A stretch of 64,000 bases of DNA from Dicyema japonicum (Eukaryota > Animalia > Dicyemida), in the NCBI GenBank assembly GCA_011109175.1, contig RDEW01000015.1, forward strand, positions 672,938 to 736,937, given 5' to 3'. The notes under the pieces were generated by a model that made no database searches, was not told the DNA's origin, and saw only the letters and a program-made list of their open reading frames with translations. A program made the translations under genes and the position numbers. Positions 13,010 through 25,439 of this stretch are shown here, in pieces; positions within the stretch are counted from its first letter, which is position 1; every line of letters starts with the position of its first letter.

Positions 13010-14260
13010 AGAGCGGCTGCTGACATTACGGAGTAAGCGTTTCGGACAACTGCGATCCCAATTCGTTGCCTCAGTCAGATCGCTTCCCGCACGTCTTTCC
13101 TACGGCGGGCCAATTTCCCCCCTGGAGTGCATCCAGCCACTCTCCGCTCCCATGGTTGGCGGCGGACACGAGGCATGCAAGACGGTGCTGGTTGGCATCA
13201 GACTTTAGCACGTCGAAGATATTCTTGGAGTAAATCTCATCCCAGTCACGTTGCCTCGAAGGATCGTTCGGCATATCCAAACCAGTTTCACACCATTCGC
13301 GACGAGCTTCATCGAAGACTCATTCCCAAGAAAGTCCGGTTGGAAAACGTAGGATATCTTGGAACAAAAGGCTTCCACTTGATAGCGATGACACATATGC
13401 TGGAAAGGCGATCTCCAGCGCCGACCTGAGACCCGTACCTCCGAGGCGTGTAGGCAGCTTGCATTGGTTCTAGCTCGGCATATCAAAGTGGACGTTTAGC
13501 AGCAATTCAGCTGATTTTCTCAATATCCTATCCAGTGACAGGAGGATGTCACGATGTTTGAAGCAGGGAGAACATCGGAGAGCATATAGGAGTTTGGGCA
13601 AGCCGATGCTATTCTTCAAAAGGAAGAACGCTGTATGAGCATCGAGTAATGGAAGAGTTTCTCCGTGACTCTAGAGAGTTCATCCTCTTTTGTTAGCAAA
13701 TGGCTCCGCTGTTCCCTTTTGCCAAGTGGGCACCCAAGAAATTATGTCCGCTCCCTGAGTAAGACAGTAATTCCAGGTAGTACCGAGTTGAAAGACTCGA
13801 CCACATTGATAAAATCACTCTCTGAGTATGTGATATTTATTAGCTCCGATTTCTTTATGTTTATCTCAAGTCCGAGGTTTCGTAGTGCCGGCACGGCATG
13901 TGATGAAGTTTTTTCCACGGCCCTCTAATCGTGGCGTCATCAAGATACCAGAGGTTTAGTTGTGTGTTTATAGAGCGGACAATTTCATCAATGACCAGAT
14001 CGAAGAGAAGTGACCAAGGGGGTCCCCTTATTGAACTCCAGTCTCCGAACAGATAATCTTGTCCCCGAAAACCAGTGAAGAATTGGTTCCGTAAGCGAGG
14101 TAGATAAGTGGAATAAGTTCCGGGGCTCGTTTGCTTGTAGTTTCGAAAATTTGATCCCTCCTTAGTGAATTGAAGGCATTGCAGATGTCCAGCTTGACCC
14201 CAATGTGTTGGTTTTGTTCGTCTTTCTGTTCAAAAATCACTCGCAGCATGCACTGCCGCA
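13010..14260 (-). mobile_element. CRE-like RT/RLE element, degenerate with deletions
   Basis: KLDICNAFNSLRR, GVQ.GDPLG, FLGCPLG, GSGEWLDAL, RQRIGIAVVRN. Confidence 0.85.
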
Positions 14261-14559
14261 TCCGTTCCTTATTTAACAAATTTATAAAATTAAAGATTTC
14301 ATTCCATGTCAACATATTTTTTTAAATATTTTATTTTTGACTGAGGTGGTGGGTCTCAACTGCACGAATGTCTTCAACACACCAACTTCCTATCGCCTAA
14401 TCTACTGGCTTGGATGCCCTACAAAGTACGGCAAAAGATTGTTGTGCATTCCTCACAGTCATCAACACCAAACTGAAATTGAACAGGTCACAAGAGTAGT
14501 TGGTATATAACCATATATTAACATCATCCGCCGAGTCAACATACACCTTGTTCATCTTG

Positions 14560-14900
14560 GACCGATGGAGCAAAGAGGAACCCAAAATTTTAATTTGTTC
14601 TCCCATGATTCTGGGAGTAACCTATGACAAACTGAAAAGGACTTTCACAAAGGGACTCCATAAACTGAACGCCATAAGCCCGTACAGCTTGAAGGAGTTA
14701 TTTTCATTTGGACGAGTCCATCACAAGACTTTATATATAAACTACTGCTTCGAATTTGGAGTATGCCTCGGTCACATGGAGATTCTCAATTTTATAGACG
14801 AAAGTCAAAAAACTCGATACGTCATATCAAAAAAACTCTCCATATGCTGACCTCCCAAGTAGGAATATCTATCGAATCCCTACTTATGGAAGGTTCGACA
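14560..14900 (+). mobile_element. Jockey/I-like RT C-terminal fragment
   Basis: PMILGVTYDKLKRTFTK resembles the ILGVTYD motif of the LINEs at 27900 and 63300. Confidence 0.5.
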
Positions 14901-15344
14901 CGCAGATGTGGAGTCGATATAGACGGATCGATTGATCACGGGGACTGGGATCGCCCCATAGTTTCACCTTTTCATTGTCTTCCTTTCTCGGTGACCTCGA
15001 TGTTCCCAAAATAAATAAATGGTAGTTAGGACGTCTATAGCACCTGGTTCTGGGTACGGTTCTTCCCACTTGGTCTAAAGTTTTCTTTCTTCTGATCCTT
15101 ATCTTCTTTAAAGGCCGAGTACTCTTCAGTTTCCTCCGTTCGGCAGAATAGCCTAATAATGAATGAAAGCCATTTTCTTTCTTCTCATGACATGGACGAG
15201 GTGACAGACTGTGAACACCGGAAACCTGAAGTTACGAACAAAGAAAGTGTCGGATGGACGCAGGATCCATGTTTGAATCTCGTCCAGTCCAAAATCGAAT
15301 GAACTTTTAGGATCATGATGATAATAAATATGATTTTATATTAG

Positions 15345-16003
15345 AAAGGACTCCACGCACTTTCCTGCCGAAGGAGCGCTGGAAGGAGCCTGAGACATAG
15401 TGCAATCAACAAGGTTATTGCGTGGGGACTAGAAGCTGCCGGATTCCCTGTCCAGATGGAGCCCCTAGGACTTGCCAAGCAAACAGAAGGCCGGATGGAG
15501 CGACTCTGTTCCCGTGGGATGCTGGGAAGTACCTGGCCTGGGATGCCACCTGCGTAGATAGCTTCTCCCCTTCCAATATTACAATGAGTGCGACAAATCC
15601 AGGCTCAGCTGCAGAGAAAGCAGAAATACTTAAAGCAAAGAAGTACACATGCCTCGGCGAGCAGTACACATTTGAACCAGTCGCAGTCGAAACTTCGGGA
15701 GTCATAGGAAGCAGGTCGTTNNNNNNNNNNNNNNNNNNNNNNNNNNNNNNNNNNNNNNNNNNNNNNNNNNNNNNNNNNNNNNNNNNNNNNNNCCTCGGCG
15801 AGCAGAACACATTTGAACCAGTCGCAGTCGAAACTTCGGGAGTCGTAGGAAGCAGGTTGTTAACTCTGCTCAACAAAATTGGATCGTTAGTGGCTAAAAG
15901 GAGGAGGGATGTCAGAGAGAAGGGCTGGCTCATTGAGCGCATCTCCTTACAGATCGTAAGGGGAAATGCGCTCTCAATCCTGAGAGCAGCCAGTAGCCTT
16001 TAA
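15345..16003 (+). mobile_element. CRE-like RLE 3' end spanning the scaffold gap
   Basis: RPDGATLFPWDAGKYLAWDATCVDSF...FEPVAVETSG...WLIERISLQIVRGNA. Confidence 0.85.
15721..15792. other. Assembly gap (72 N)
   Basis: Run of N, flanked by near-identical segments of about 68 bp. Confidence 0.99.
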
Positions 16004-16767
16004 CTATTTGGCTTTATTCTTCAATAAATTATTATATTAAAAAAATTAATAAAATTAAACGAAGGAGCAAATGCGATCGTTTTTTTCGTAAATATTGATC
16101 AAGAAGATCATATCAGATGGTCATCGTTGTCTTAGCCAGAAAATGGAAATAAAACTGTTATGAATTTAGAAGAGATTTGAATATTGATGTGAAGAGATTA
16201 TTATCAGGGATCTCGTATTGTATAAAAAAACTGGTTACTCTTTTGCAAGTCTCATACTAACGATACCTAATTGACCACCCATAGGATCTGTTGTCTTTCC
16301 AGTCTCGTTTAACTTACACCTATCAAGTTTGGTAACCAGAATACTTTTTTCATATAATAATGATTGTTCTATAATGTTGATATTGTCTCTTTAAGTTATA
16401 AAAACACACTATTTCCCCCTCCATTTACCTTAATTTCACAATCTTTCTCCACCAAATTGTATATAACAGACCGTAGTCAGTTCAGCCTATAACCAACTCT
16501 TTACACAAAACTCTCCTTTCTGTCATCAAAATCAGAAAATGCTCAACTTATTCGGGTACTTCATTTGGCAAGGAGAGCTTAACAATTATCCACAAACAAT
16601 TTATCAGAGCGCGATATCAACTATGCTGTTACTGCCCAGAGTTCTTTTAAATCTAACTATATACGTCTCCTCAATGATCCCCCAACACTCAGGGGATTTA
16701 AAGCTGAAGAGTCACACAATATTATTAGAGAACCCCAAATTAAGAATATTAAAATAATTATAAAATG

Positions 16768-17398
16768 TCAAATCTCCTTTTCATTCCTCACGTACTCCCC
16801 AATATCAGCTTGGTGGAGTAATATAATATCAAATGGCTTGGAAGTACGACACGTGTCACATGACTTTGTACAAACTCCAAATCCCCACATATAATAAAAC
16901 ACATCGAACCAAGGCAATATTATTCATAGAATACACCACAGCCCTGCTGTACTGCTTAATGTCTTCTGAAAGTCGCCCGATCCCTGACTTCTTCACGTGG
17001 TTACCATACAAAAAGAGTTGTTCTGCTGCAGGTTTCAACCAAACCTTGTTCTAGAGCTAAGCAAGGTACAAACCTTAGCGAATGGACTCAGATAGTCCAA
17101 GGATGTTATGTGAAGGTGGAACTTGTGCGTCTTTGTGAACTTCCCAAAGCACGTGCCTACAGAGAGCAATTCCTTTCGGGATATTTTAGAAGACTGGTTG
17201 AAAAGAGTCAGTCTGAAATGATGAGTAACAATACCTAATATAGTAAACACGATCTTTGTGGAGACGGAAGCAGTATTCATAGTCCTTTCGTTCTACGAAT
17301 TGTCTTATGTTGTCCCCAACACTGGAATGAGTATAAAGTTACTATTTGAATAGTTTTTCGTAAACTTTTCTCATTTCTTCGTCTGTTAGTTGCCTCAT
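16768..17398 (-). CDS. NIP7: 60S ribosome biogenesis protein NIP7, 179 aa, 4 micro-introns
   Basis: Spliced product [23 protein letters not shown]...[10 protein letters not shown]...[23 protein letters not shown]...[14 protein letters not shown]...LGFGVCTKS...[15 protein letters not shown]. Introns 17322-17342 (21 nt), 17213-17234 (22), 17051-17073 (23), 16885-16909 (25, GT-GG). 631-91=540 nt, 180 codons including the stop. Confidence 0.96.
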
Positions 17399-17699
17399 TG
17401 TTAGGTCTCAATAAAGTAAAAAAAACTCTACAACGGCAGAAAAATTCACGTGTTGTTTTTAATTTTAAATATAATTATTTAATTATAAATATAATTTAAT
17501 TGAGACTAATTTTTAAATATAATTGTTTATAATAAATATAATTTAATTTGCCTTCTGACTGAATTTCTGGTGACATCGGATCTGACATCAGTAATTAGAA
17601 TCCATAAGATTGAGTTTTCAGCGAAGGTCAATCAATTATCGTCAACCAAATTTCACCAGTGAGGTGACGAGTTTTCTACCACACCATATCACACTTTCT

Positions 17700-17830
17700 C
17701 TTTGCCAAAAAAAGATATTCCATTATGAAAACTCTCCCGCTAATGAATGAAGTGATGTCCGCGATGGTGGGACATGCGACGAAAATAGAAGAGGGCGGAC
17801 CTACTTCTCCACTTCACTTCGGAAGCCTGT
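17700..17830 (-). repeat. Second copy of the unclassified repeat at 3300-3450
   Basis: Reverse-complement similarity to 3300-3420, seen by eye. Confidence 0.6.
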
Positions 17831-18779
17831 AATGGACTAGCATGAATTATATCTGCATCTCCCTCCATTGGTTTCCTTTCTTGAATTAATTAGTTATGAA
17901 TGTTTGTGTGGGCTTACCAAAGATTGTAAACCTGTGGTTAATAAATTACAAATAAATTTAATTTAATTGAGAATCTCTGAATATATGACTGCTTTGTTTT
18001 CTTAGTGGTCGGAGAATACTGGTTTGTTTTGGTTTTTTTGCTCATCATCACGAATCTTACAAATGGCGACCCTCTGAGATCACCTAAATTTTCCTTTGCT
18101 ATTTAACTTATTCTTGTTTTGCTTTTCTACCGCAGAAGGCAGTACGAGTACAGAGTAACTTATGCAGACAATCTCTCTCAGGCCTCTCGTGAAATCTGTA
18201 ATGTCTGAGATGCAACAAATTGGAATTAGCTACATATTTGGTTGTAAGATAACTACCATTTAACCATGAAAAGGTTATTTCATGGACAAATTTTGTTATG
18301 ATTGCGGTCACTCTGAAAAGAACATACATAATTACTTAACAGTGGACTTAGGAAATAGTAGCAACCAAGGAATTCTAAATTTTGATAAACAAAGCTGGCT
18401 GCCCTTTCTATCGAAATCAGACAATTCCCGTTTGGCAAGGACTTTTGTGTTAAACTCTCATGATTAAACACGCCTTTACCATTTTTATGGGTTCTGTCTT
18501 AATTTTCAAAAATCCGATTGCAAATGAATATTTTAGTGAAATGAACAAACATTTTTTTCTAAATGAAGGATATTAAGATGAGTTAGTTTAATTTTGTGTT
18601 TGAAACATAAATAAAACAAATGGTTGTTTTGGCGTTATTGTTGTATAGTGGGTCTCCTAATATGTATATGACCAGTTTGAGTGTCTGCATGACATAATTT
18701 ATACTTATGTACTAGATAGGATTAAAATAGCGTCTCTGAACTATTTATAACTACATTTTTATATTTTTAAAACAGTGTT

Positions 18780-20340
18780 AGAGTGGCCAGTCATTCTGGT
18801 GTTTATTGGTTGAAAGTCGTGTTGGTGAAGTAACTTTGGTACACTTTGAGGTTTTTCTAGTAGACTTAATGTCTTCATCTCTTCCAATTACCTGAAAGAT
18901 TGGAAGCACTAAGTTTAAAAAAAGAAGTTCTAGAATCTAGTCAAATTGAAACAAGATTGAAAATTATTATAATCAAAATCATATTAGGTATAATTATTTT
19001 CGTGTCGCCTTTGTATGATCCTCTATACTAGTCTGTCCCACCCTCTTCTATTCGATGCCAGACTCCACAGACTACTACTGAGGTCAACATCATCCTTTAG
19101 TGCTCTGTTTAGTGATCTCGCTTTTCTTGAAGCGTTTTTCAAATACTTCTTCGATTATGATGTTTGCTGGCATGTCTAACGGAATTTTAGAATATGACCA
19201 AACAGTTTCAATCGCATCTTCACGACTAGGGTGCTCAGGGTCCAGAGGAGCATATTTTGTACATTCCTTACACGTACAACCTCTTTACACGAATTAGTCA
19301 TTTAGTCCAAGAGAAACCGAAGTTGCTTCATATGAAAGGAATCGAGCCTTTGTCCGTCAGTTTTCGAGATTCCCCGTGTTCCAGAGTTGTACCTAAGGAT
19401 CGGTTTTATGAAAGCTTCATACAACCTGAGGCGGACTATATAACGGACGTCTTTGGATATTCTTTCATAAGCTTTAGCATGGCCACCGTAGATATCAATT
19501 TTCTCGCAATGTCTTCGGAGTCCCCGATGAAGGAGCCAAGCTTTATGGTCTTCCTCCAGTTTACAGAACTGTGTGGTTCCATCCTCTTGATCTCTACGAT
19601 GTTATTTTTCGAAGCTTCATTGATAGAGATCATTTGGCTAGGACGGTGTGCTGCTATACAGCGAACAATTCCGGAGAGAGGGAGTCTCCCTAGGAGTGCC
19701 CATTGTTGTCACGATTTCTCGAGACATACATTTTCCAATACTCACTCGCAACACTGATTAATATCTTATTATGGTGACCGAGTCCTGATCCAGAAAACTT
19801 TCCAGCAATTCATTGAGTTTTCCACAACGGACAATGTCGAATACTCTGGTGAGATCAATTCCAAGAATAGTCCTTGAATTTTGGAATCTTTGCTGAATTC
19901 CACAATGCTACAGCTGTTGATATTCCAGTCCTGAAAACACCTTGGCTTAGACTGTTGATATCCCATTCCTGAAACACCAAGTATCTGTCCACTCCTCTTG
20001 GATCCGATTAAGTCAGATCAGGGCAAGTTCTTCCGCAGGGTATTTATAAGGATCAAAAAGCAGGTTTTCAATCAGTCCAGTGGGTTTAGTTGCTTTCAGG
20101 ACTGATATTTATACTCCTTTTCTAAGCTTTGAAAAGTTCTTGTTCTCTATCATATCATTCAGTAATCTTGAAAGTTCCTCCGAAGTTTAGCCAAATTTTA
20201 ACATTTCTAGGATATGTTGTCTGGTCACTGAAAGAGACAAATTTGAGCTTCTTCATCCCTCCGGAGACCTCCTGTGATAAGATGATCCGTTCGAGTTTGT
20301 TGTCTGACGTGAAATCTGATTTCTCTCCTTTCACATAGAA
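18780..20340 (-). mobile_element. RTEX-like LINE, degenerate RT and 3' region
   Basis: WRKTIKLGSFIGDSEDIARK matches WRKTNKLGSLLGDNQDIARRK at about 56850; many disablements. Confidence 0.75.
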
Positions 20341-20904
20341 GAGTTTAAAAAATGCGATGCGACGAACTATGTCTGTTGGGCAGCATTTTGTTGTTTTATA
20401 GCATCCGGAATGTTAGAATTGGGTGTTACACAGGAACAATTCAAAGGCATAGTAGAAATATACTAGAGCAGTGCAAAGATAGTTCCCTTTTCCATGTGGT
20501 CCAATAAACCTAACTTCCATAATTTAATAGAAAAACCCACGTTTTATATAAAGGTGGCTTCCTTTACAATAGTCGTATAATCTATTATGAAGCGATTTAT
20601 CTACTCACATAGGTAATACCTCCCACACATATCGGCGCTTTCTTCAGCACAATCTAGAGTGTCACGATTCTATTTTTACTAGCTCGTGGTTCCCTTTCAA
20701 AAGGGACAAAAAATTAAAATTTCCAATAAAAAAGGTTTTATTTATTTTCTGCTTTAATTAGAATCACAATTCTCCACGGCCTTATGTCACAGTAGCTACG
20801 CGTTACCGAGCGATACGCGTTTATATTCCATTAAGTCCATCCATTCTACCAATTTTACGACTATGTTTTAATGATTTCAGAATTTAATAATTATATCATT
20901 ATTA

Positions 20905-21060
20905 TTAGCACTTTCACGAGAGCCATAATATTTATAGCATGTGCAGCAAAAATAAGTTAGCTTGTTCCAGACTTTTCTGTTCTGAGCCAGATCCCTCAGT
21001 GTGTCATGTCGTCATCAGATGCCAATGTTTTCTTTACGCCTTGTAAAACGGGAGGGTATT
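20905..21060 (-). mobile_element. 5'-truncated RTEX-like 3' end
   Basis: LRDLAQNRKVWNKL followed by GGCTCTCGTGAAAGTGC(TAA)n. Confidence 0.65.
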
Positions 21061-21278
21061 GATCATCGGATTGAAATTGATGTATTTCTAACTCATAAAA
21101 TGTTATATAAAATCATGGATTAAGAACAGATATAAAAATTAAACTTTCAAATCTCACACCCAGACAGGCCACGTGCATATATCTTTACAAATCAATATTG
21201 ATTAAGTCTATATTTTATTCGAAATACAGAAACGTTTATTTGGATTCTCCATGTTCTTCACATTTTCCGCATATTTCA

Positions 21279-21553
21279 TCAAATGAAATTAAAAGCCATC
21301 CCCATGAGGTAATCTTGTGAATCTGACTGAGCAGCTCGGAAAACCTCAAACTTTGTCAACATTGGGTAGACAATTCTACTGTAACACCGGATTCGAATAT
21401 CAAATTTCCTATATGCAACACAATCCTTATACTGCTGCGCTTACATTACTTTTGTTTTCTCAATTGAATTCCTAAGTCCAAAAGACATGTCCCACTAAGC
21501 TCAGTATAAACAAGGAGGCTCATCACCACAAGAAATAACAAAATTTCAATCAT
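21279..21553 (-). CDS. Possible small secreted protein (77 aa; needs 17- and 24-nt introns)
   Basis: Hydrophobic N-terminus MIEILLFLVVMSLL; removing two GT-AG segments gives a stop-free frame. No recognisable homology. Confidence 0.25.
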
Positions 21554-21959
21554 AATGGTGCAAAACCCATGATATTATTATAAACCATCTTTATAATAAA
21601 ATTTATAATTGATAGTTGTTGTGGTGTTGACATGTCCGTTTCTAATCATACCGAGAAATCGAATCCTATGTGCCTTCCTGTAAAATCAAATAAAGATGAT
21701 AGTATAGTAGAAGCAGGAACTTCGTCTGTGGGCTGGATAATGTCACAAGAACTAATATCAACATCGTTGGGAATATTGGTGCCAAAACCAACTTGCATTC
21801 ACTATCTGCCATTATTGAAGAGGTCCACTGTGTCTCTGAAGCTGAGTGGGTTTCTCAGATTTTTCTTGCCTCGAAACAAAGATTTGGAAGGATACCTAGA
21901 GGTGGCTGGAACCTCGTACTTAAAAAGTTCAATGAAAAGTAGTCCAAGAGTTCCAGTCT

Positions 21960-24118
21960 ATGTCAGCTAAAAAAGATGCTGAAACTGAAAATCGGAATAA
22001 CAATGTAAAAGGAGGCGAATGTTTCAAAGTGCAAAATAATACTAATGTTGAAATTTCCACCTTCAGAAATTGCCTTGAGGAACTAAAAGTACAAATTGAG
22101 AAAATTAAGTCAATTCCGAGGGATACTCGAAAACCAACACTCAAAATTCAGAGAAAGTATGTCAAAGTTAATGTTTTGTCGGACTAAATTCTGCAATATA
22201 TTATATTACGAAAGATAATCCGCCTCAAGATATCAATCAATTACTGATATTCTATATGCTACACAGTGTGCTTATATGACTTTAACTGCGAAGGTTAAAC
22301 CGCAAAGTACGTGGTTGGAGAACACTGAAAAGAAAATCTCAAAGCTGATGACAGAACTAGAACTTGTCAATCGCTTTTCCAGACAAGCTCTACGTGTATG
22401 AAAACAAATGGTTATAAATGTTCTTGTGCCTATGGATACAAAAGGGCCAAAAAAGGGGAGGTTGTCAAGATTGAGGCTCTACTATGTGACCTTGTCAGAA
22501 TTAAGAAGCAAATAGCTGTACATTATTCGAGGATGGACTTTCGCAAGGACAACTGTTGTTTTGAATTAAATCGAAGAAGATTTTATCGGAACCTATCAGC
22601 GAGCAATGAAGTAACGTTATATGGTTTCGATGATGAGGATTGCATGTCGTTCTGTGAAAAAGTAATTCTATGTTCCCAACACTCCAAATTAATCAGGAGG
22701 ATCCTAATACACTGACTTATTCATTGATGACCTAAAGATATTTGGGCTAAAAAAGATACTGCTATTAAAATGTTGAAAGTTGTTCGCGATTTCTTTCATG
22801 TTGCCGGCTTGGAGATGAATTCGGAAAAGTCACTTTCTAATGTTAGACTCTGGAAGGTCAGTGGATATCGATATTTGGGTGTTTTTGAAGACGAGGGAAG
22901 TAATGTTCTTAAAAGCAAAGTTATGAAGTCCATGCTTGAAAATGCTAAGAAGAGAATAACCATGCTTTCAAAAACAAAGTTAAATTCTGTGAACTTATTT
23001 CGTGCATAAATGAATACGCAATGTCCTATATAACTATTATATAGGATTAATTAATATTAACCTTACGAATTTGATGATATTGACCAACAAATACGGCAAC
23101 TGCTTACGTCACTCAGTTGCACCTCAAACCTGCAAATAAAGAGAGGCTGTATTTGGACAGGAAGACTTTTGGAAGAGGACTTTCCTCGATTTCATTAAGA
23201 GCGAATTAATACTTTTCCAGTTTTTTAAAAGTTTGGAAAAACAATCGACTGTGTGTTGCGAAGGTCGGGATTCTGCGAGTAATAAAAAAAAAATGGCACT
23301 TGGCTACAATCGCAGGATTTTTGCCTCTAAATATGCAATTGCCGACAGGGAAAGCATGGATAGTTAATCCTCAAGGACACTCAGAAAAAATATTTATTAA
23401 ATACAATTTATTGCTAAATAGTGATTATTACGAAGACATAATGAAGTGTAAAGTGCATCCATCTTCATTTTTGTCAAATTTATGGAATCAAAAGCATGAA
23501 ATTGAAAGGACATTCGCTTCAGTCAATATTGACGAATCAAAATGTCGAAATTAGAGTTGACGTCGATTTTGACAGAATCAAAATTACAATAAATAAACCT
23601 GATATTTTTGTTCATGACAAAATAAAGAAGGAAGTAACTTTAATTGAAGTGGGGATTACCTCACAAGACCGACTAAAGCAAGTTAAAGTTGAGAACTTCA
23701 CAAATATGACTTGCTAGCAAATGAACTTTCGCTGCTCTATGAATGCCAAGTGAAGATTATTCCAGTGGTTTTGACATGGGATGGAGTTGTCTCAAGATGC
23801 TTCAAGAATCACATGGATAAATTATCTATTGAAGAATCAACGAGGACTTACATCCAATCGGTTGTACTGAAGGGAACGCTCGAAAGTATGCTCATTGAAC
23901 ATAAGCATTGGATGAAGGTATACGATGAAGAGTACGCCTCTGCTACCTCCCAACTTGTGGAACTGGCATGCCGTGAGGACAGCCCACTGACTCTTAACGG
24001 AGATATTTTGACTGAATCTGATGTGGAGATGCGGAGTAACAGGGAAGTTATGGCACACTCTTTTTCTAAGAGAAGAAGAGGGATTACCAACAATCTGGAT
24101 CAAAATACGCTTAATTAG
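21960..24118 (+). mobile_element. R4/NeSL-like RLE retrotransposon, internally deleted
   Basis: RRRFYRNL, FIDDLKIF, YRYLGVFE, KLNSVNLFRA, HLKPANKERLYLDRK, KPDIFVHDK...IEVGIT, IIPVVLTWDG. Confidence 0.88.
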
Positions 24119-25028
24119 TTAATTTACTCGTTATTAATTTAATAATCTAAAGTAATAAAATTTATCTTTGTATTCGACTTATCATCTTTGATCCCAAAGT
24201 TATGTTTTTGAACTGTAAAATTTACGTTTTAAATCGATTTAACTAAAATATGAATTTACAATAAATTTTAAAACTCCATAATTTTGAGCTATTTTAGACA
24301 AATTCCTGTTATACCTTTTCACTTAATGTTGTGGAGTGTTTGAGTATGCAGAAAATCAAAAAAGTAAAAAGGAACATTCAGTCACTACATCAATATTGCA
24401 TATATTGTATTGAAAATAGAAATATTCGTATATAACAGGATGACAAATGAGATATCCCTCATTGAAATTACGTCACAGGATTATATAAAACAGGGTTGAA
24501 TGTTACAAGTATGAATTTTTATTGGAGGACTCTCGCTTATTTACGACTCTTATTTACTTCTATGGTTAGGACCTGGGATGTAGTTGTCTCAAAGTACTTC
24601 AAGAATTATAAGTATTAATGAATAAACGATAGTGGTTGGACATAAACATGGAATCAAGGTATCAGATAGAGTTCGTCTCTATTTTAACCACCTTATAAAG
24701 TGGCATGGGTTGGATATGGAGGATGAGTTGGCAGTTCTAATCTACTGTAATGAATAGCTGTAATAGCAATTAATATCTTTTACCTTATAAGGAATGTCTG
24801 ATTTGTGCATTAAAGGCACTGTTATTGCATTTATGACAAAAAAGTAAATGATCAAAGCTCACACTATTAGAGAATATTATTAGACACAACATTATAGTCT
24901 ATAAGACCAAATCATAGTGTTTACTGAAAAATCAAAGTTAAGATAACTTTATAAGTGGAATAGTATACAACAAATTTTATTAAGCAAAGCACATTAAAGC
25001 AAAATAATCATAGAAGCTTTCAAGTATT

Positions 25029-25285
25029 CTAACTGGAAGGAGATTTCCAGGAAGAGTTGTGAGGGATATTTTCAGGGGTGGCATGCTGAGATCCAGTCGA
25101 ATTCTTCAAAAACGAGTCCTTGTCCATTTCTGGTTGTACCTTAGACATGGCCATGTTGTAATCTCCTGAATCGAAGAACTTTTTCTCTGCACTTTGTCTT
25201 TTCTCGAACGATTGATTCTTCACTGGACTTCCATTAGTATCTCTAAAATTATTTTTATGAATTTTTACGTCACACCACCGGGCAT
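25029..25285 (-). CDS. ENSA: Endosulfine / ARPP19 family PP2A-B55 inhibitor, 76 aa
   Basis: MPGGVTDTNGSPVKNQSFEKRQSAEKKFFDSGDYNMAMSK...TGSQHATPENIPH contains the FDSGDY Greatwall phosphorylation motif. One 26-nt GT-AG intron at 25243-25268. Confidence 0.9.
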
Positions 25286-25439
25286 TTTAACAATAAAATA
25301 AATTTTTATAGTAAAGTATTTTATTTATTTCATGAAGTTAACTGATTTTTAATTTAATTTTCAATATAATTAAAATAATCCATAAATCATATATAATAAT
25401 AATTTTATACATTTTTTATAATTTTAATTTTTTTAACAC

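Noticed and set aside
15651-15860. Direct repeat of about 68 bp flanking the N run
   Set aside because: Near-identical sequence on both sides of a gap is the usual sign of unmerged overlapping contigs or haplotypes, not a biological duplication.
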